The notes below the pieces were generated by a model. It did no database searches and was not told the DNA's origin. It saw only the letters and a list, made by a program, of their open reading frames with translations. Made by a program: the position numbers and the translations under genes. A stretch of DNA of 64,000 nucleotides from the human T2T-CHM13v2.0 reference genome, Homo sapiens. Location: assembly GCF_009914755.1 (NCBI RefSeq), contig NC_060929.1; one strand, given 5' to 3'. Every line of letters starts with the position of its first letter. Position 1 is the stretch's first letter. Shown here piece after piece: positions 42,474 to 57,664 of this stretch.

Positions 42474-45400
42474 GGATTAAGATGGCGAACAGAGCCAGGA
42501 CTAGCTTGCATCCCTTCCTCAGACACGTAGATGCAAGCTAGTCCTGGCAACCTGTATGACTCAGCAGAGGCAGCCATAATCCCCCTGAAAATATAGCTCC
42601 ACTGGACTGGGAAACACACCCTCATCCCCCACAGCAGCCACAGTAAGCCTCGCCCAAGGAAAGACTGAGTTCAGACACACCTATCCCTGCTCCCACCTGG
42701 TGGTCTTTCTCTAGCAGCCCTGGTAGCCAAAGACAAAGGTCATAATCTCTTGGAAGTTGCATGGCCCTGACCACTGCCTGAGAAACTTGAACACTGGGAT
42801 ACAGCAAAAATGATACTAAGAAGTTCATAGCATTAAATGAATACATCTAAAAGTCTGAAAGAGCACAAACAGAAAATCTAAGATCTAATCCACACTTCAG
42901 GGAACTGGAGAAACAAGAACAATCCAAACCCAAACCCAGCGAAAGAAAAGAAATAGCCAAGATAAGAGAATAACTAAATGAAATTGAAATAAACAAACAA
43001 AAAGCAATACAAAAGATAAATGAAACAAAAATCGGGTTCTCTGAAAAGATAAATAAAATTGATAGACCATTAGAGAGAGTAACCAAGAAGACAGAAGATC
43101 CAAATAAGCTCAATTAGAAATGAAATGGGAGATATTACAACTGTTGCCACAGAAATGCAAAAGATTATTCAAGGCTACTGTGAACACCTTTGTGTGCATA
43201 AACTAGAAAACCTAGAGGAGATGGATAAATTCCTGGAAGACAGATAAAACCAGGAAGATATAGAATCTCGGAACAGACCATTAACAAGCAGCAAGATTAA
43301 AACGATAATTTAAAAAATTGTCAACAAAAAAAAGTCCAGGACCAGATGGATTCACAGCTGAATTCCATCAGACATTTAAAGAAGAATTGATACCAATTCT
43401 ATTGACACTATTCCTCAAGACAGAGAAAGAGGGAATTCTCCCTAAATCATTCTATGAAACCAGTATCACCCTAATACCAAAATCAGGGCTTAAAAAATAG
43501 AAAACTACAGACCATTATCTTTAATGAACATAGAAGTAAAAATCCTCAAGAGAATAGTAACTGAAGCCAACAGCATACCAAAAAGATAATTCACAACGAT
43601 CAAGTGGGTTTCATATCAGGGATGCAGGGATGGTTTAACATAAGTAAGTCAATAAATGTGGTGTGCCACATAAACAAAAGTAAAAACAAGAACCACATGA
43701 TCATCCCAATAGGTGCAGAAAAAGCATTTGACAAAATCCAGCATCTCTTAAGGATTAAAACCCATAGCAAATGGGCATAGAAGGGACATACCTTAAGGAA
43801 ATAAAAGTCATCTATGACAGACTCACAGCCCACATTATACTGTATGAGGAAATGTTAAAAAAATTCCCATTAAGAACTGGAATAAGACAAGGACACCCAC
43901 TTTCACCACTTCTACTCAACATAGTACTGGAAGTCCTAGCCAGAGCAATCAGACAAGAGAAAAAAATAAAGCATATCTAAATTGGTAAAGAGAAAATTAA
44001 ACCGTCACTGTTTGATGATGATATAACCATATACCAAGAAAACTCTAAAGATTCATCCAAAAAGCTTCTAGAACTGGTAAATAAATTCAGCAAAGTTTCA
44101 GGATACAATATATACACAAATCGGTAGCTCTGCTATACACAAATAGAGACATAGCTGAAAATCAAATCAAGAACTCAACTTCTTTCACAATAGTTGCAAA
44201 TAAAATAAAATACAGAAATATACTTAACCAAGGACATGAAAGACCTTTACAAGGAAAACTACAAAACACTGCTAAAAGAAATCATAGATGAAACAAACAA
44301 ATGAAAACACTTCCTATACTTATGGATGGGTAGAATCAATATTGTGAAAATGACCATACTGCCAAAAGCAATCTACAAATTCCATTCAATTCCCATAAAT
44401 ACCACCATCATTCTTCACAAAACTGAAAAAAAAAAAAGCCTAAAATTTATATGGAACCAAGAAAAGAGCCTGCATAGCTAAAGCAATACGAAGCAAAAAG
44501 AACAATTCTGGAGGCATTATATTACCTGACTTCAAACTATACTATCAGGTCATAGTCACCAAAACAGCATGGTACTGGTATAAAAATAGGTACATAGACC
44601 AATGGAACAGAAATCCAGAAATAAAGCCAAATACTTAACAGTCAACTGATTTTCGGCAAAGCAAACAAAGACATAAAGTGGGGAAAGCACACCCTATTCA
44701 AAAAATGGTGCTGGGATAATTGGAAAGCCACATGTAGAAGAATGAAACTGGATCCTCATCTCTCACTTTATACAAAAATCAACTCAAGATGGATCAAATA
44801 CTTAAATCTAAGACCTGAAACCATAAAGATTCTAGAAGATAACATTGGAAAAATTTTTCTAGACATTCGCTTAGCCAAAGGCTTCATGACCAAGAGCCCA
44901 AAAGCAAATGCAACAAAAACAAATATAAATAGACAAGACTTAATTAAACTTAAAAGTTTCTGCACAGCAAAATAAATAATCAGCAGAGTTAACAGATAAC
45001 CTACAGAGTGCGAGAACATCTTCACAATCTATACATCTGACAAAGGAATGATATTCAGAATCTACAAAGAACTTAGACAAAACAGCAAAAAACTCCAAAC
45101 AATCCCATTAAAAAGTGAGCTAAGGACATGAATAGATAATTCTCAAAAGAAGATATACAAATGGCCAACAAACATATGGAAAAATGCTCAACATCACTAA
45201 TTATCAGGGAAATGCAAATCAAAACTACAATGCAATACCACCTCACTCCTGCAAGAACGGCCATAATCAAAAAAATAATAGATGTTCACGTGGATGAGGT
45301 GAAAAGGGAACACTTTTACACTGTTGGTGAGAACTCAAACTTGTACAACCACTATGGAAAACAGTGTGGATATTCCTTAAAGAACTAATAGTAGAGATAC

Positions 45401-45958
45401 TGTTTGATCCAACAATCCCACTACTGGGTATCCATCCAGAGGAAAAAAAGTCATTATACAAAAAAGATACTTGTACACTCATGTTTATAGCAGCACAATT
45501 TGTAATTGCAAAAATATGTAACCAGTCCAAATGCCCATCAATCAACAAGTGGATAAAGAAAATATGGTATATATATACCATGCAATACCACTCAGCCACA
45601 AAAAAGGATTGAAATAATGGCATTCACAGCAACCTGGATGGAATTGGAGACTATTATTCTAAGTGAAGTAGCTCAGGAGTGGAAAACCAAACATTTTATG
45701 TTCTCACATGTGGGGGCTAAGATATGAGGACATAAAGGCATAAGAATGATCCATTGGGCCTTGGAGACTCTGGGGGAAAGAATTGGGGGTGCTGAGGGAT
45801 AAAAGATGACACATCGGGTATAGTGTATGCTGCTCGGGTGATGAGTGCACCAGAATCTCAGAAATTGCCACTAAAAAACCTATTCACGTAATTAAGCACC
45901 ACCTGTTCCCTAAAAATCTATTGAAATAAAAAAATTAAAACTTAAAATAAATTTTAAA
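42474..45958 (+). mobile_element. L1PB1/2-like LINE-1 retaining both ends but with two large internal deletions
   Basis: Starts aagatggcgaacagagccaggactag (5' end with YY1-like motif); 5' UTR piece to about 42793 jumps into ORF2 (tgggatacagcaaa); ORF2 fragments [25 protein letters not shown]; L1PB 3' UTR and A tail; possible decayed TSD aaagaataattacatta / aaagaaaatttaaatta. Confidence 0.9.
42494..42548. repeat. Perfect 19-bp inverted repeat with 17-nt loop
   Basis: gccaggactagcttgcatc (42494-42512) / gatgcaagctagtcctggc (42530-42548). Confidence 0.97.
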
Positions 45959-46074
45959 AAGAAAATTTAAATTAATAATATAAAATTATTTTATTAAATT
46001 TGTCTTTTGTAATAAAGTAATTCTAAATATGTTTAAAATTAACTTTGTTATAACATTTAGAAGCAGTTTAGCTA

Positions 46075-46262
46075 AACTGCTATGAGAAAGTGCTCTGGCC
46101 TGAGACTTCACTTTGAAAACTTTGCCTTTGTGGCCAAGCAGCTTCTATTTGTAAAATATGAAATAAGATACTTATCACAAGTACTTCAAAAGTTAACTAA
46201 GATGATCTACATACAGAATATGCTAGTGACACACTATATTTATGAATGGATACTAATTATAT
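46075..46262 (+). mobile_element. MIR SINE fragment
   Basis: tttgtaaaatatgaaataagatacttatcacaag...ttaactaagatgatctac MIR core-like. Confidence 0.5.
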
Positions 46263-46662
46263 GAGATATCTGAAAATTAACTCATGTTACTGTAGTGAGG
46301 GAACTTATTCTTGCAACTGGTCTTTCACAGTAGATGCTGAAGGACCTACTGTGGGACCTATCTTTCACAGTAATCGCTCTGTTTCCAATGACCCTTGAAA
46401 ATTCTTGACCCTCGAACTGTTCCTCCTTCTTGTTAAACCTAATTAGACCAACCAGGTTGTGTTAAGACCACAGCCCAGGTCTCACAGACCCTTTTCTCTG
46501 AGGATAACCCAAGTTATCTATACCTTATGAAATTAAAACAATTAACAGTAAACTTTAACTGACCTTCTTCAGTTTGACATACAAATCTCTTGGGCTTTCT
46601 GCACCCAAGAACTGTCATCTTAAGTTATTCTTATGCTGCAGTATTTTTAATAAAGGCTTAAG

Positions 46663-49600
46663 CTGGTGCATTGTGTCTTTGTTTTCATTGGTTTCAAAGA
46701 CCATCTGTATTTCTGTCTTCATTTCATTATTTACCCTGTAGTCATTCAGGAGCAGATTGCTCAGTTTCCATGTAGTTGTGTGGTTTTGAGTGAGTTTCTT
46801 AATCCTGAGTTCTAATTTGATTGCACTGTGTCTGAGAGATGGTTTGTTATGATTTCCGTTATTTTGCATTTGCTGAGGAGTGTTTTACTTCCAATTATGT
46901 GGTCAATTTTAGAATAAGTGTGATGTGGTGCTGAGAAGAATGTATGTTCTGTTGATTTGGGGTGGAGAGTTCTGTAGATGTCTATTAGGTCCACTTGGTC
47001 TGAGCTGAGTTCAAGTCCTGGATATCCTTGTTAATTTTCTGTCTCATTGATCTGTCTAATATTGACAGAGGGGTGTTAAAGTCTCCCACTATTATTGCGT
47101 GGGAGCCTAATTCTCTTTGTAGGTCTCTAAGAACTTGCTTTATAAATCTCGGTGCTCCTGTATTGGGTGCATATATATATTTAGGATAGTTAGCTCTTCT
47201 TGTTGCATTGATCCCATTACCATTATGTAATGCCCTTCTTTGTCTCTTTTGATCTTTGTTGGTTTAAAGTCTGTTTTATTGGTTTATCAGATACTACAAT
47301 TGCAACCCCTGCTTTTTTTTTTTTTTTTTTTTTTTGCTTTCCATTTGCTAGGTAAATATTCCTCTATATCTTTATTTTGAGACTATGTGTGTCTTTGCAC
47401 ATGAGATGGGCCTCCTGAATACAGCACACTGATGGGCCTTGACTCTTTATTCAATTTGACAGTCTGTGCCTTTTAATTGGGTCATTTGGCCCATTTACAT
47501 TTAAGGTTAATGTTGTTATGTGTGAATTTGATCCTGCCATTATTATGCTAGCTGGTTATTTTGCCCTTTAGATTATGCAGTTTCTTCATAGCATCGATGG
47601 GCTTTACAATTTGGTATGTTTTTGCAGTGGCTGGTATCAGTTGTTCCTTTCCATGTTTAGTGCTTCCTTCAGGAGCTCTTGTAGGGCAGGCCTGGTGGTG
47701 ACAAAATCTCTCGGCATTTTCTTGTCTGTAAAGGATTTTATTTCTCCTTCGCTTATGAAGCTTTATTTGGCTGGATATGAAATTCTGGGTTAAAAATTCT
47801 TTTCTTTAAGAATGTTGAATATTGGCACACACTCTCTTCTGGCTTGTAGGGTTTCTGCCAAGAGATCCACTGTTAGTCTGATGGGCTTCCCTTTGTGGGT
47901 AACTCCACCTTTCTCTCTGGCTGCCCTTAACATTTTTTCCTTCATTTCAACCTTGGTAAATCTGAAGATTATGTGTTTTGGGGTTGCTCTTCTTGAGGAG
48001 TATCTTGGTGTTCTCTCTATTTCCTGAGTTTGAATGTTGGCCTGCCTTGCTAGGTTGGGGACATTCTCCTGGATAATATCCTGAAGAATGTTTTCCCACT
48101 TGGTTCCATTCGCTCCATCACTTTCAAGTACGCCAATCAAACTTAGATTTGGTCTTTTCACATAGTCCTATATTTCTTGGAGACTTTGTTCATTTCTTTT
48201 CACTCTTTTTTCTCTCATCTTGTCTTCTTACTTTATTTCATTGAGTTGATCTTCAATCTCTGATATCCTTTCTTCTGCTTGATCGATTCGGCTATTGATA
48301 CTTGAGTATGCTTCACGAAGTTCTCGTGCTGTATTTTTCAGCTCCATCAGGTCATTTATGTTCTTCTCTAAACTGGTTATTCTAGTTAGCAATTCATCTA
48401 ACCTTTTTTCAAGGTTCTTAGCTTCCTTGCATTGGGTTAGAACACGCTCCTTTAGCTCAGAGGAGTTTGTTATTACCCACCTTCTGAAGCCTACTTCTAT
48501 CAATTCATCAAACTCATTCTCCGTCCAGTTTTGTTCCCTTGCTGGCAAGGAGTTATGATCCTTTGGAGAAGAGGCATTCTGGTTTTCGAAATTTTCAGCC
48601 TTTTTGCACTGGTTTCTCCCCATCTTGGTGGAATTATCTACCTTTGGTCTTTGAAGGCGGTGACTTTTGGATAGATCTCTGAGTGGACGACCTTTTAGTT
48701 GATGTTGATACTATTTCTTTTTGTTTGTTAGTTTTCCTTCTAATAGTCAGTTCCCTCTGCTTCAGGACTGCTGGAGTTTGCTGGAGGTCCACTCCAGACC
48801 CTGTTTGTCTGGGTATCACCAGCAGAGGCTGCAGACCAGCAAAGATTGCTGCCTGTTCCTTCCTCTGGAAGCTTCATCCCAGAGGGGCACCTGCCAGATG
48901 CCAGCCAGAGCTTTCCTGTATGAAGTGTCTGTCAGCCCCTACTGGGAGATGTCTCCTAGTCAGGATATCCAGGGGTCAGGAACCTACTTGAGGAGGCAGT
49001 TTCTCCCTTATCAGAGCTCGAACGCTGTGCTGATGGATCCGCTGCTCTCTTCAGAGCTGCCAGGTAGGAATGTTTAAGTCTGCCGAAGCTGCACCCACAA
49101 CCACCTCTTCCCCCAGGTGCTCTGTCCCAGGGAGGCAGGGATTTTATCTATAAGTCCCTGACTAGGGCTGCTGCCTTTTTTTCAGAGATGCCCTGCCCAG
49201 AGAGGAGGCAGTCTGGCCGCAGCAGCCTTGCTGAGTTGGTGTGGGCTTCCCCCAGTTCGAACTTCCCAGCGGCTTTGTTTACACCACACCGTGAAGGTGA
49301 AACCACCTACTCAAGCCTCAGCAATGGTGGACGCCCCTCCCGCCACCAAGCTCGAGTGTCCCAACTCAGACAGCTGTGCTGGCAGCGAGAATTTCAAGCC
49401 AGTGGATCTTAGCTTGCTGGGCTCTGTATGGGTGGGATCCGCTGAGCCAGACCACTTGGCGCCCTGGCTTCAGTCCCTTTTCCAGAGGAGTGAACGGTTC
49501 TGTCTCGCTGGCATTCCAGGTGCCACTGGGGTATGAAAAAAAATTCCTATGGCTAGCTCTGTGTCTGCCCAGTGGCCTCCTAGTTTTGTGCTGGAGACTC

Positions 49601-49809
49601 AGGGTCCTGGTGGTATAGGCACCAGAAAGTCTCCTGGTCTGCGAGTTGCGAAGACCATGGGAAAAGTGCAGTATCTGGGCCGGAGTACGTGGTACAGTCC
49701 CTAGTGGCTTCCCTTGGCTGGGAGAGGGAGTCCCCCGACCCCTTGTGCTTCCCGGGTGAGGAGATGCCCCACCCTGCTTTGGCTCACTGTCCTTGGGCTA
49801 CACCCACTG
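46663..49809 (-). mobile_element. L1PA7-like LINE-1, inverted 5' segment (5' UTR, ORF1, ORF2 endonuclease)
   Basis: Minus-strand ORF1 pieces MGRNQCKKAEN...(48228-48623) and KRPNLSLIGV...(47790-48161); ORF2 ATG near 47540; EN piece MDLIDIYRTLHPK...YSKIDHII; CpG-containing 5' UTR at about 48630-49809. Confidence 0.95.
47610..48623 (-). pseudogene. Disrupted L1 ORF1p
   Basis: Split ORFs with the ORF1p coiled coil (LEKNINDLMELKNTARELRE) and RRM/CTD (KEKMLRAAREK...GKPIRLT). Confidence 0.9.
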
Positions 49810-51414
<1,605 letters not shown>

Positions 51415-51424
51415 ATAACAGGGT

Positions 51425-51560
51425 GTGTTCCTCTCAACTTCAGCATCCACATTACCTGGAACCTCATCAACATGCATTTTAAGCCCTGCCCTAGACATAC
51501 TGAATCAGAGCTTTTGGCATGTCTAAGAAACCTGCAGCTGATTCAGATGTATGGTGCAGG
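51425..51560 (+). mobile_element. MER5-type (hAT-Charlie) fragment
   Basis: cattacctggaacctc...ccctgccctagacatactgaatcagag...cagctgattcagatg. Confidence 0.7.
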
Positions 51561-51842
51561 GATACTTAAGTAATAAATGACTGAGGAATCGAAGAGTTTC
51601 TACTCTAGCAAAAATAAATAAATTTAATTTTCCTTACTCCATTTTTTTCCAGAGAAAGTATGTGGTTGACTTACATGCAATAAGGAAGCCAACTAGTCTC
51701 TCTGATGTTATTTGAGTTGGTTTCTCACCTCTGTTATCACAGAAAAATTAAAACTGGGGTAACTAGTAGAGTGCTGTCTTCAGAGATTTGATAGAAGGGG
51801 GTTCATTAACATGTGTGGAAACCATTAGCTCAAGCCTATTTT

Positions 51843-52014
51843 CTTATTTCTTTTTTATTATACTTTAAGTTCTGGGATACATGTGCAGAACGTGCAGGTT
51901 TGTTACATAAGTATACATGTGCCATGGTGGTTTGCTGCACCCATCAGCCTGTCATCCACATTTGGTATTTCTCCCAACGCTATCCTTCCCCTAGCCCCAC
52001 CCATGACAGTCCCC
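51843..52014 (-). mobile_element. L1PA7-like 3' UTR and poly-A (probably the displaced 3' end of the 46663-51414 element)
   Basis: ttattatactttaagttctgggatacatgtgcagaacgtgcagg...ctatccttcccctagcccc; its flank matches the left TSD of the upstream L1. Confidence 0.9.
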
Positions 52015-53225
52015 AACACACCCTGTTATAGAAGAGTTTTTACTCTAGGGAAGTGTTTAAGTAAAAGAGCAATTTTAGATTTTTTTTTATTTTTTGTTCT
52101 TTTTCATAAAAACATTTTAACAGAGAATTTGTATGTTCGTATTCCACACCGTGGCAGTAATTAAAAAACTGAAGACTTACAAATGTTCTGTGGGGCCAAA
52201 GAAGACTGAAAGATCATATATTTTGAACAGATATTTACTACTTGAATTTATCTACCTTATTATACAAGATGGTGAAGAGGGATTTTTTAATTAATTGATA
52301 GCTATTGTTTCAATGGGGTGATTTTTTTATGAAAGTAGCTTAATTTTGTATATAAACTCATTAGCTAGAAAGCTCACTAGATTTTTTAAAATGGAAATCA
52401 GGTAAAACTGACAATTTACAAAGTAAAAGGTGGTTTTACTATAACAAACTAATGCTAATTTTTTAATGTAAAAATAAATTATGTTGAATACATCAGTTTT
52501 ATATATATCATGAATTCCTAAAATAAGTAGTATATCAGATATTGAGTCTTTTAAAAAATATTTAAATTATTTCTGGGTCACTGAAGGTAATTAGTGTTAT
52601 AATTTATTTTTTGTGTGTATGTACTTCTTTACATAACTTCTTTGAAAATGCGCTTACATTGTTTCATGTGAAATATGCAGATACAACTATCATTATCTAA
52701 ATAGGGCTAAGTTTCTCTCACCTTTGAGCTACATATTCTTAGGGAGAAAAGTTAGTTATGTATAATGCATGAGCTTGAGAGGCTGTTACCCATTCCTCAC
52801 ACATTTTGCTTTGTACTTAATTTGAATAAATAGCCTTTATTCTCATGAACATTTTATTAGACAAACATCTATGAGTCCATTATTTAGTTTCTTTCTCTTG
52901 CCCTATTATACACAATATGAATAGTCTATTTCCTAACGGATTTCTTGCCAGCTTTCTGTGAGAGTATGCATGGAAGTCTCTAAACTATTCAACAATAAAA
53001 ATTAACACAATAATCTTTTTCTCAAAATGTAACTGGAAAGCTCTCCAAGACCTTCTAATTTCACTGATAAGAAAAGCAAGATGCAGAGAGACTAAGTGAT
53101 GGATATGCTGAAGACCAATCAGCCTTACTCTTATACAAGAGTCTAAGGAATTCTACTTCAGATTTTCTCCACTCTACTAAGACATAAATATTTTACATAA
53201 AAAAGACCATACAGTTCTGTTAGTT

Positions 53226-53718
53226 CGTGGGTCCTTAATTCACCCATCGGCCATGGCTGAATACTGGTCTGTGGCCTGTTAGGAACCAGGCGGCATACAG
53301 AGGGTGAGTGAGTGGCCAGAGAGTGAACATTACTGCCTAAGCTCCACCTCCTGTCAGATCAGCAGTGGCATTAGATTCTTACAGGAGCACAAGTCCTATT
53401 GTGAACTGTGCATGAAAGAGATCTAGGTTGCGGGCTCCTTATGAGAATCGAATGCTTGATGATCTGTTACTGTCTCCCATCACTCCCAGTTGGGACTGCC
53501 TAGTTGCAGGAAAATCAGCTGAGGGCTGCCATTGATTCTACATTATGATGAGTTGTATAATTATTTCATCATATATTACAATGTAATGATAATAGAAATA
53601 AAGTGTGCAATCAATGTAATGCACTTGAATCATCCTGAAACTCTCTCTAACTCTGATCCACGGAAAAATTTTCTTTCACAAAACTGGTCCCTGGTGCCAA
53701 AAAGGGTGGAGACTGCTG
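53226..53718 (+). mobile_element. MER1A (hAT-Charlie)
   Basis: ggtctgtggcctgttaggaacc...ctccacctcctgtcagatcagcagtggcattagattct...aaactggtccctggtgccaaaaagggtggagactgctg; 8-bp TSD tgttagtt (53218-53225) / tattagtt (53719-53726). Confidence 0.92.
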
Positions 53719-54034
53719 TATTAGTTGACAAAATAAACTTGACCACTTTTCCCACTCTATCTTCTAGAACGTGTTAATAAACATGTTAATGATGTATACA
53801 TTGTCATTACAGGAACCATTACACAAAGAATCATGAGTATATAAAAGTTTTGAATAGACCACATGTAGTACAATTGAAATTCCAGATAAAGCATTATTTT
53901 ATATTATAAAAATATTAAAATACACTGTTACTAACACTATATTCAAAGAGCAACATCTATGAATTTGCTTCAACAGATTTTTTAAGTGACCTAATACTCA
54001 TTATGCAAAGGTAAAATTCTTTGCCCATTTGCTA

Positions 54035-54175
54035 ATTCTTACAACCACCCTACACAGTATCTATCATTAATAATATTTTATAGAAGAATAAACTAAGATA
54101 AGTTTTCTCTGCATCTCACAGCTTGTAATGTGTGAAGATAAAATTTGTAGCCAGGTCTGCCTATCTCAAAGCCTT
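54035..54175 (-). mobile_element. MIR fragment
   Basis: ttcttacaaccaccct...tttatagaagaataaactaag...tcacagcttgtaatg...ccaggtctgcc. Confidence 0.6.
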
Positions 54176-54556
54176 ATTATTATAATTTATTATTATTATT
54201 TAGGTGCTTCTAGAATGGGCTTCAGAATGTGGTAAACAGTTGGAGAACTGAATATAGAGAAATCAGACTTCTGAATGCATAGCACATTTAACAGCCTCTT
54301 CCATTTCATCAATATAAAATATTTAAAAGGTTAGCTAGAGATAGTTAATATTTTAAAAGCATGCAAATTCATATCTAAAAATATTTTGGTACATTATTAT
54401 TTTCTCTGGACGTGTTAATGTTTTTATATGATCTGCTATCTAAATCTGAATTCATCATGATATAGTCAGTAGAATTGCCTCTCTGAATGGCAAACTTGAT
54501 GGTCGAAGTCTACTTGTCTTTAGTGTTAAGAATTACTTCAATATGTCTGGGGTGTG

Positions 54557-54975
54557 TGTTATAGAAATAAGTAAAGACTACCCAAAGGAGAACAAGCACA
54601 GGCTATTTATTTATAGCTTGCTGTAGCAAGCTACTATCATTTGGATTTGACAGAGACACAAAACAGAGTGGGAGAGCTTTAGAACGGACAAAGTGGGAAG
54701 GATTCAGGTATGTCCTTGATTAGATGCTGTTGGCATCTGTAAACTAGAGACCTGTTAACTAGAAGTGGGGCATCCTCTATGGTTGGTTAGGGGAACATAC
54801 TTGCCTTTTTCTGCTTGGTCATAAGTTGGAAGCAGAAGGGAGTAGATGGAATTATGGAAACAGGCAGCTATTGATTAAGTCTTGTTTGGGGCCAACTGCT
54901 ACAGAGGTTTTGGTTTGGCTTCTTGGCTGGTTGCTTCAGGCTGGGGGTCAGAGTTGTTTTAATATCTGGAGTGGC
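54557..54975 (-). mobile_element. Old ERV1-class LTR (MER67-like; family uncertain)
   Basis: Starts tgtta; ggctatttatt...agcttgctgtagcaag...taactagaagtggggcatcc...ggttggttagggg...taagttggaagc. Confidence 0.55.
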
Positions 54976-55099
54976 CATTTTCCATGTGTATATTGACTCT
55001 CTTTCTCGCTGTGTCAGGGAGTGGGTGTGCATGTGTGTGTGTATGTGTGTTTTGTGTATGTTTGTCTGCTCTAACACTGCTTCAGATACACAGTTTTGG

Positions 55100-56100
55100 G
55101 AAAAAACTCCATTCTAGACTTTCCTTTGGATATTACCCTTCTACATATTCTACATGTTCTCCTCCTGGAAGGCTCATTGGATATTTTTTGTTAATTCAAA
55201 CTTTTCCTTTTTGTCCCTCATGCTCTCTTTTATATTTAATAATTATTTTATCATTCTGTACTTCATTCTTTGAACTATTTATGTTCTTTATCTTATTCAC
55301 TAGTTCTCTCTCCAACTGTATCAAACTTGCCACTTAACCTGTCCGTTGACTTTTTGTGTCCATCACTATACTTTCTATTCATCAAGTTTCCATTTGGTAA
55401 GTTTTCTCATCTTCATCTTCACTTTTCACAATGCTATTCTTTTTCCTCTTAATTTTCATCTTTCTTTTGTCATTTCACACATTTTAAACAAATCAATTTA
55501 TAATCTAGATCACCTTGTTCTAATATCCAAATTTTCAGGTTGGTGATTTTTTTTCTTTTGGAGTTTGCTGTCTTTCCCTGATAGATTATTTCTCTTAAGA
55601 ATCTGTAAGCTTTAACTGTAATCTAATCATTGGCTAAAATGAACTTTAATCTTTGGCAGCATTCTTTTGCTGTTTAAGATATGAATGTATTCCTTATAAC
55701 CAATTTTTGAAATTTACTTCTGCAACACATGTTTTGCTAACTAATGACTAGTTTTGTGTTTCTGTTATTCTGTCCCACTAGACTTTCAATTTCAACTCCC
55801 TCCTTGGTGATAGCAGAAGACCACATATCTTCCTTTTTAGCTGTTAAATCCCAGTTCCGCAGCTTTGAGAGACTGCATTTTGCTATGATAACCTCCTATT
55901 TTGCCAACTATGTATGTGTCAGGTGGTTTACTTTTCTGGTTGTACATTTTTCTCTTTATTTGTATTAGGAATTAGGTGTTTTTTCTTTATAGTTTGTTTG
56001 TACATACATTTATACATATCCAGGCATATACATACCCATGACTATCAAACAATCTGTGACCAACAGACTCTGTTACTACCACAGAGCTTTCCATATTAAT
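55100..56100 (-). mobile_element. Degenerate L1M 5'/ORF1 fragment
   Basis: T-rich antisense L1 ORF1-like text (ttcactagttctctctccaactgtatcaaacttgccacttaacctgtcc). Confidence 0.5.
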
Positions 56101-56467
56101 TTCAATTTGTCTTACTTAAGGTGCTTCTTAGGTCTCGTTATGCTTTGGCTTTGTGTTTTAATTGCATCTGATTCAGTTTTAAAAGTAATCTAAGGCTTAT
56201 TTATTAAAGGTGATTTTTTGTGCAACCTTAAATATGTCAGTTTTAATGCTTTAATGCCTGATGGGATTTTGAGGAATAAATAGGAATTTTCATAGTTAAT
56301 ATCATTGATTATATTAATTGTCTATGTCTATTAACCTGGTTCTTTTGTTTGATCTTTGTTAATGTTAATTTCTGATTGTTTCCTAGCACTGATTCATCTT
56401 AATCCTACATAAAAATATGAATCAAAACTCAGGCCTTGGTTCTCAGATCTTTCTACTCTTACAAGAA

Positions 56468-56832
56468 TGTCTTAGTCCAGTTGCCATAATAACATACTAT
56501 AGACTGAGTGACTTAAATAATAAACATTTATTTCTTACAGTCTGGAGTCTGGCAAGTCCAAGATCAATGTTCTAGTAGATCTGTCTGGTGAAGGTCCTGT
56601 TCCTGGTTTTCAGACAGCTGCCTTCTCATTTTATCCTCACATGAAAGACAGCAGAGAGAGAGGGGAAGAAGTACTATGGTGTGTCTTGATAAGGGCACTA
56701 ATCAACTCAGGAGGAATCTAACCTCATTAACTTATCACCCAGCACCACCCTCTCCCCATCCTAAGACCATCACATTGGAAGTTAGATTTCCTAATATAAG
56801 TTTTAGAGGGATATAAACATTCAGTCCCTAGA
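56468..56832 (-). mobile_element. MLT1A-type MaLR LTR
   Basis: tgtcttagtcc...atagactgagtgactt...catttatttcttacagtctggagtctggcaagtccaagatcaa...aagggcactaatc...accatcacattgg...aaacattcagtcc. Confidence 0.88.
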
Positions 56833-57664
56833 AATGAGAGCAACTACCTTTAGAGATAGCACTTCTCTAAATCATGGTTTCAAATTTTAAATATCTTCTA
56901 TTTTCAACTATATAATATTTTCAACTGCATAGCTCCACTTGAATCTTCCATATTTGCACAGTTAAAAAGAGCACCTTAAAATCTATATTCAATATCTATG
57001 ACACTACTGTTTCCTAGAAATTCCTGATTCTGTCAGGTGTATCACAACTGTTTAAATAACTCAGGCTAGCAATCTCAAATTCCTCATTCAAAAATATTCA
57101 ATTAGAATATCAAAATATCAATTCCATCTCAATAATAGAATGCCAATCTGAGTTTCAATCTCCGTTGCCACTTTCGTGTTTTAAACTTATTTAAAATTCA
57201 ATATAGACAAAGTTGAATTAATCCTTTGTCCATAGTAATTGCCCTCCTCCTCCTCTGTGTTCTATTACACCAAATGTTTTCATGATATATCCAATTACCA
57301 AGCTGGAAACCTAGAAATCACCTTGAACACTTTTTCTCATTAATGTTAAAAATCCAATCTATAATTTGGGTTTTAACATTCTATTGAGTTTCTCTTGACT
57401 TCATCCACTTGACTCCATTCCCATCTGTGTGATGTAATCTATTATTATATTCATTGTGTATTATTGTAATGTTTATTTCACGTACATATTTTTCTGTGAC
57501 TATGTGAGTTATTTTAAGGTGGGGGCCACAAGTATTATCTTTGCCAATCTATTACCACAGCTTATCATATTGTCTCCCATAGATGATTAGTATTTGTTAA
57601 ATTAATAAATGAATATAGTTTCACTAGCGCTACATCTCTCCAGACACACCTTCTTTTGTCTGAG

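Noticed and set aside
42785-42800. L1PB 5' UTR-to-ORF2 junction as a spliced retrotransposed L1
   Set aside because: As I recall the consensus, the ORF2 entry point (cctc|tgggatac) is not preceded by AG, so it does not look like GT-AG splicing; treated as a deletion or template jump.
47313-47335. Poly-T run inside the L1 as a separate retro-insertion tail
   Set aside because: It is an expansion of the native A-run in the ORF2 endonuclease region (aaaaaaagcagggg).
54614-54633. Palindrome tagcttgct-gt-agcaagcta
   Set aside because: Short, and the core appears intrinsic to the host LTR.
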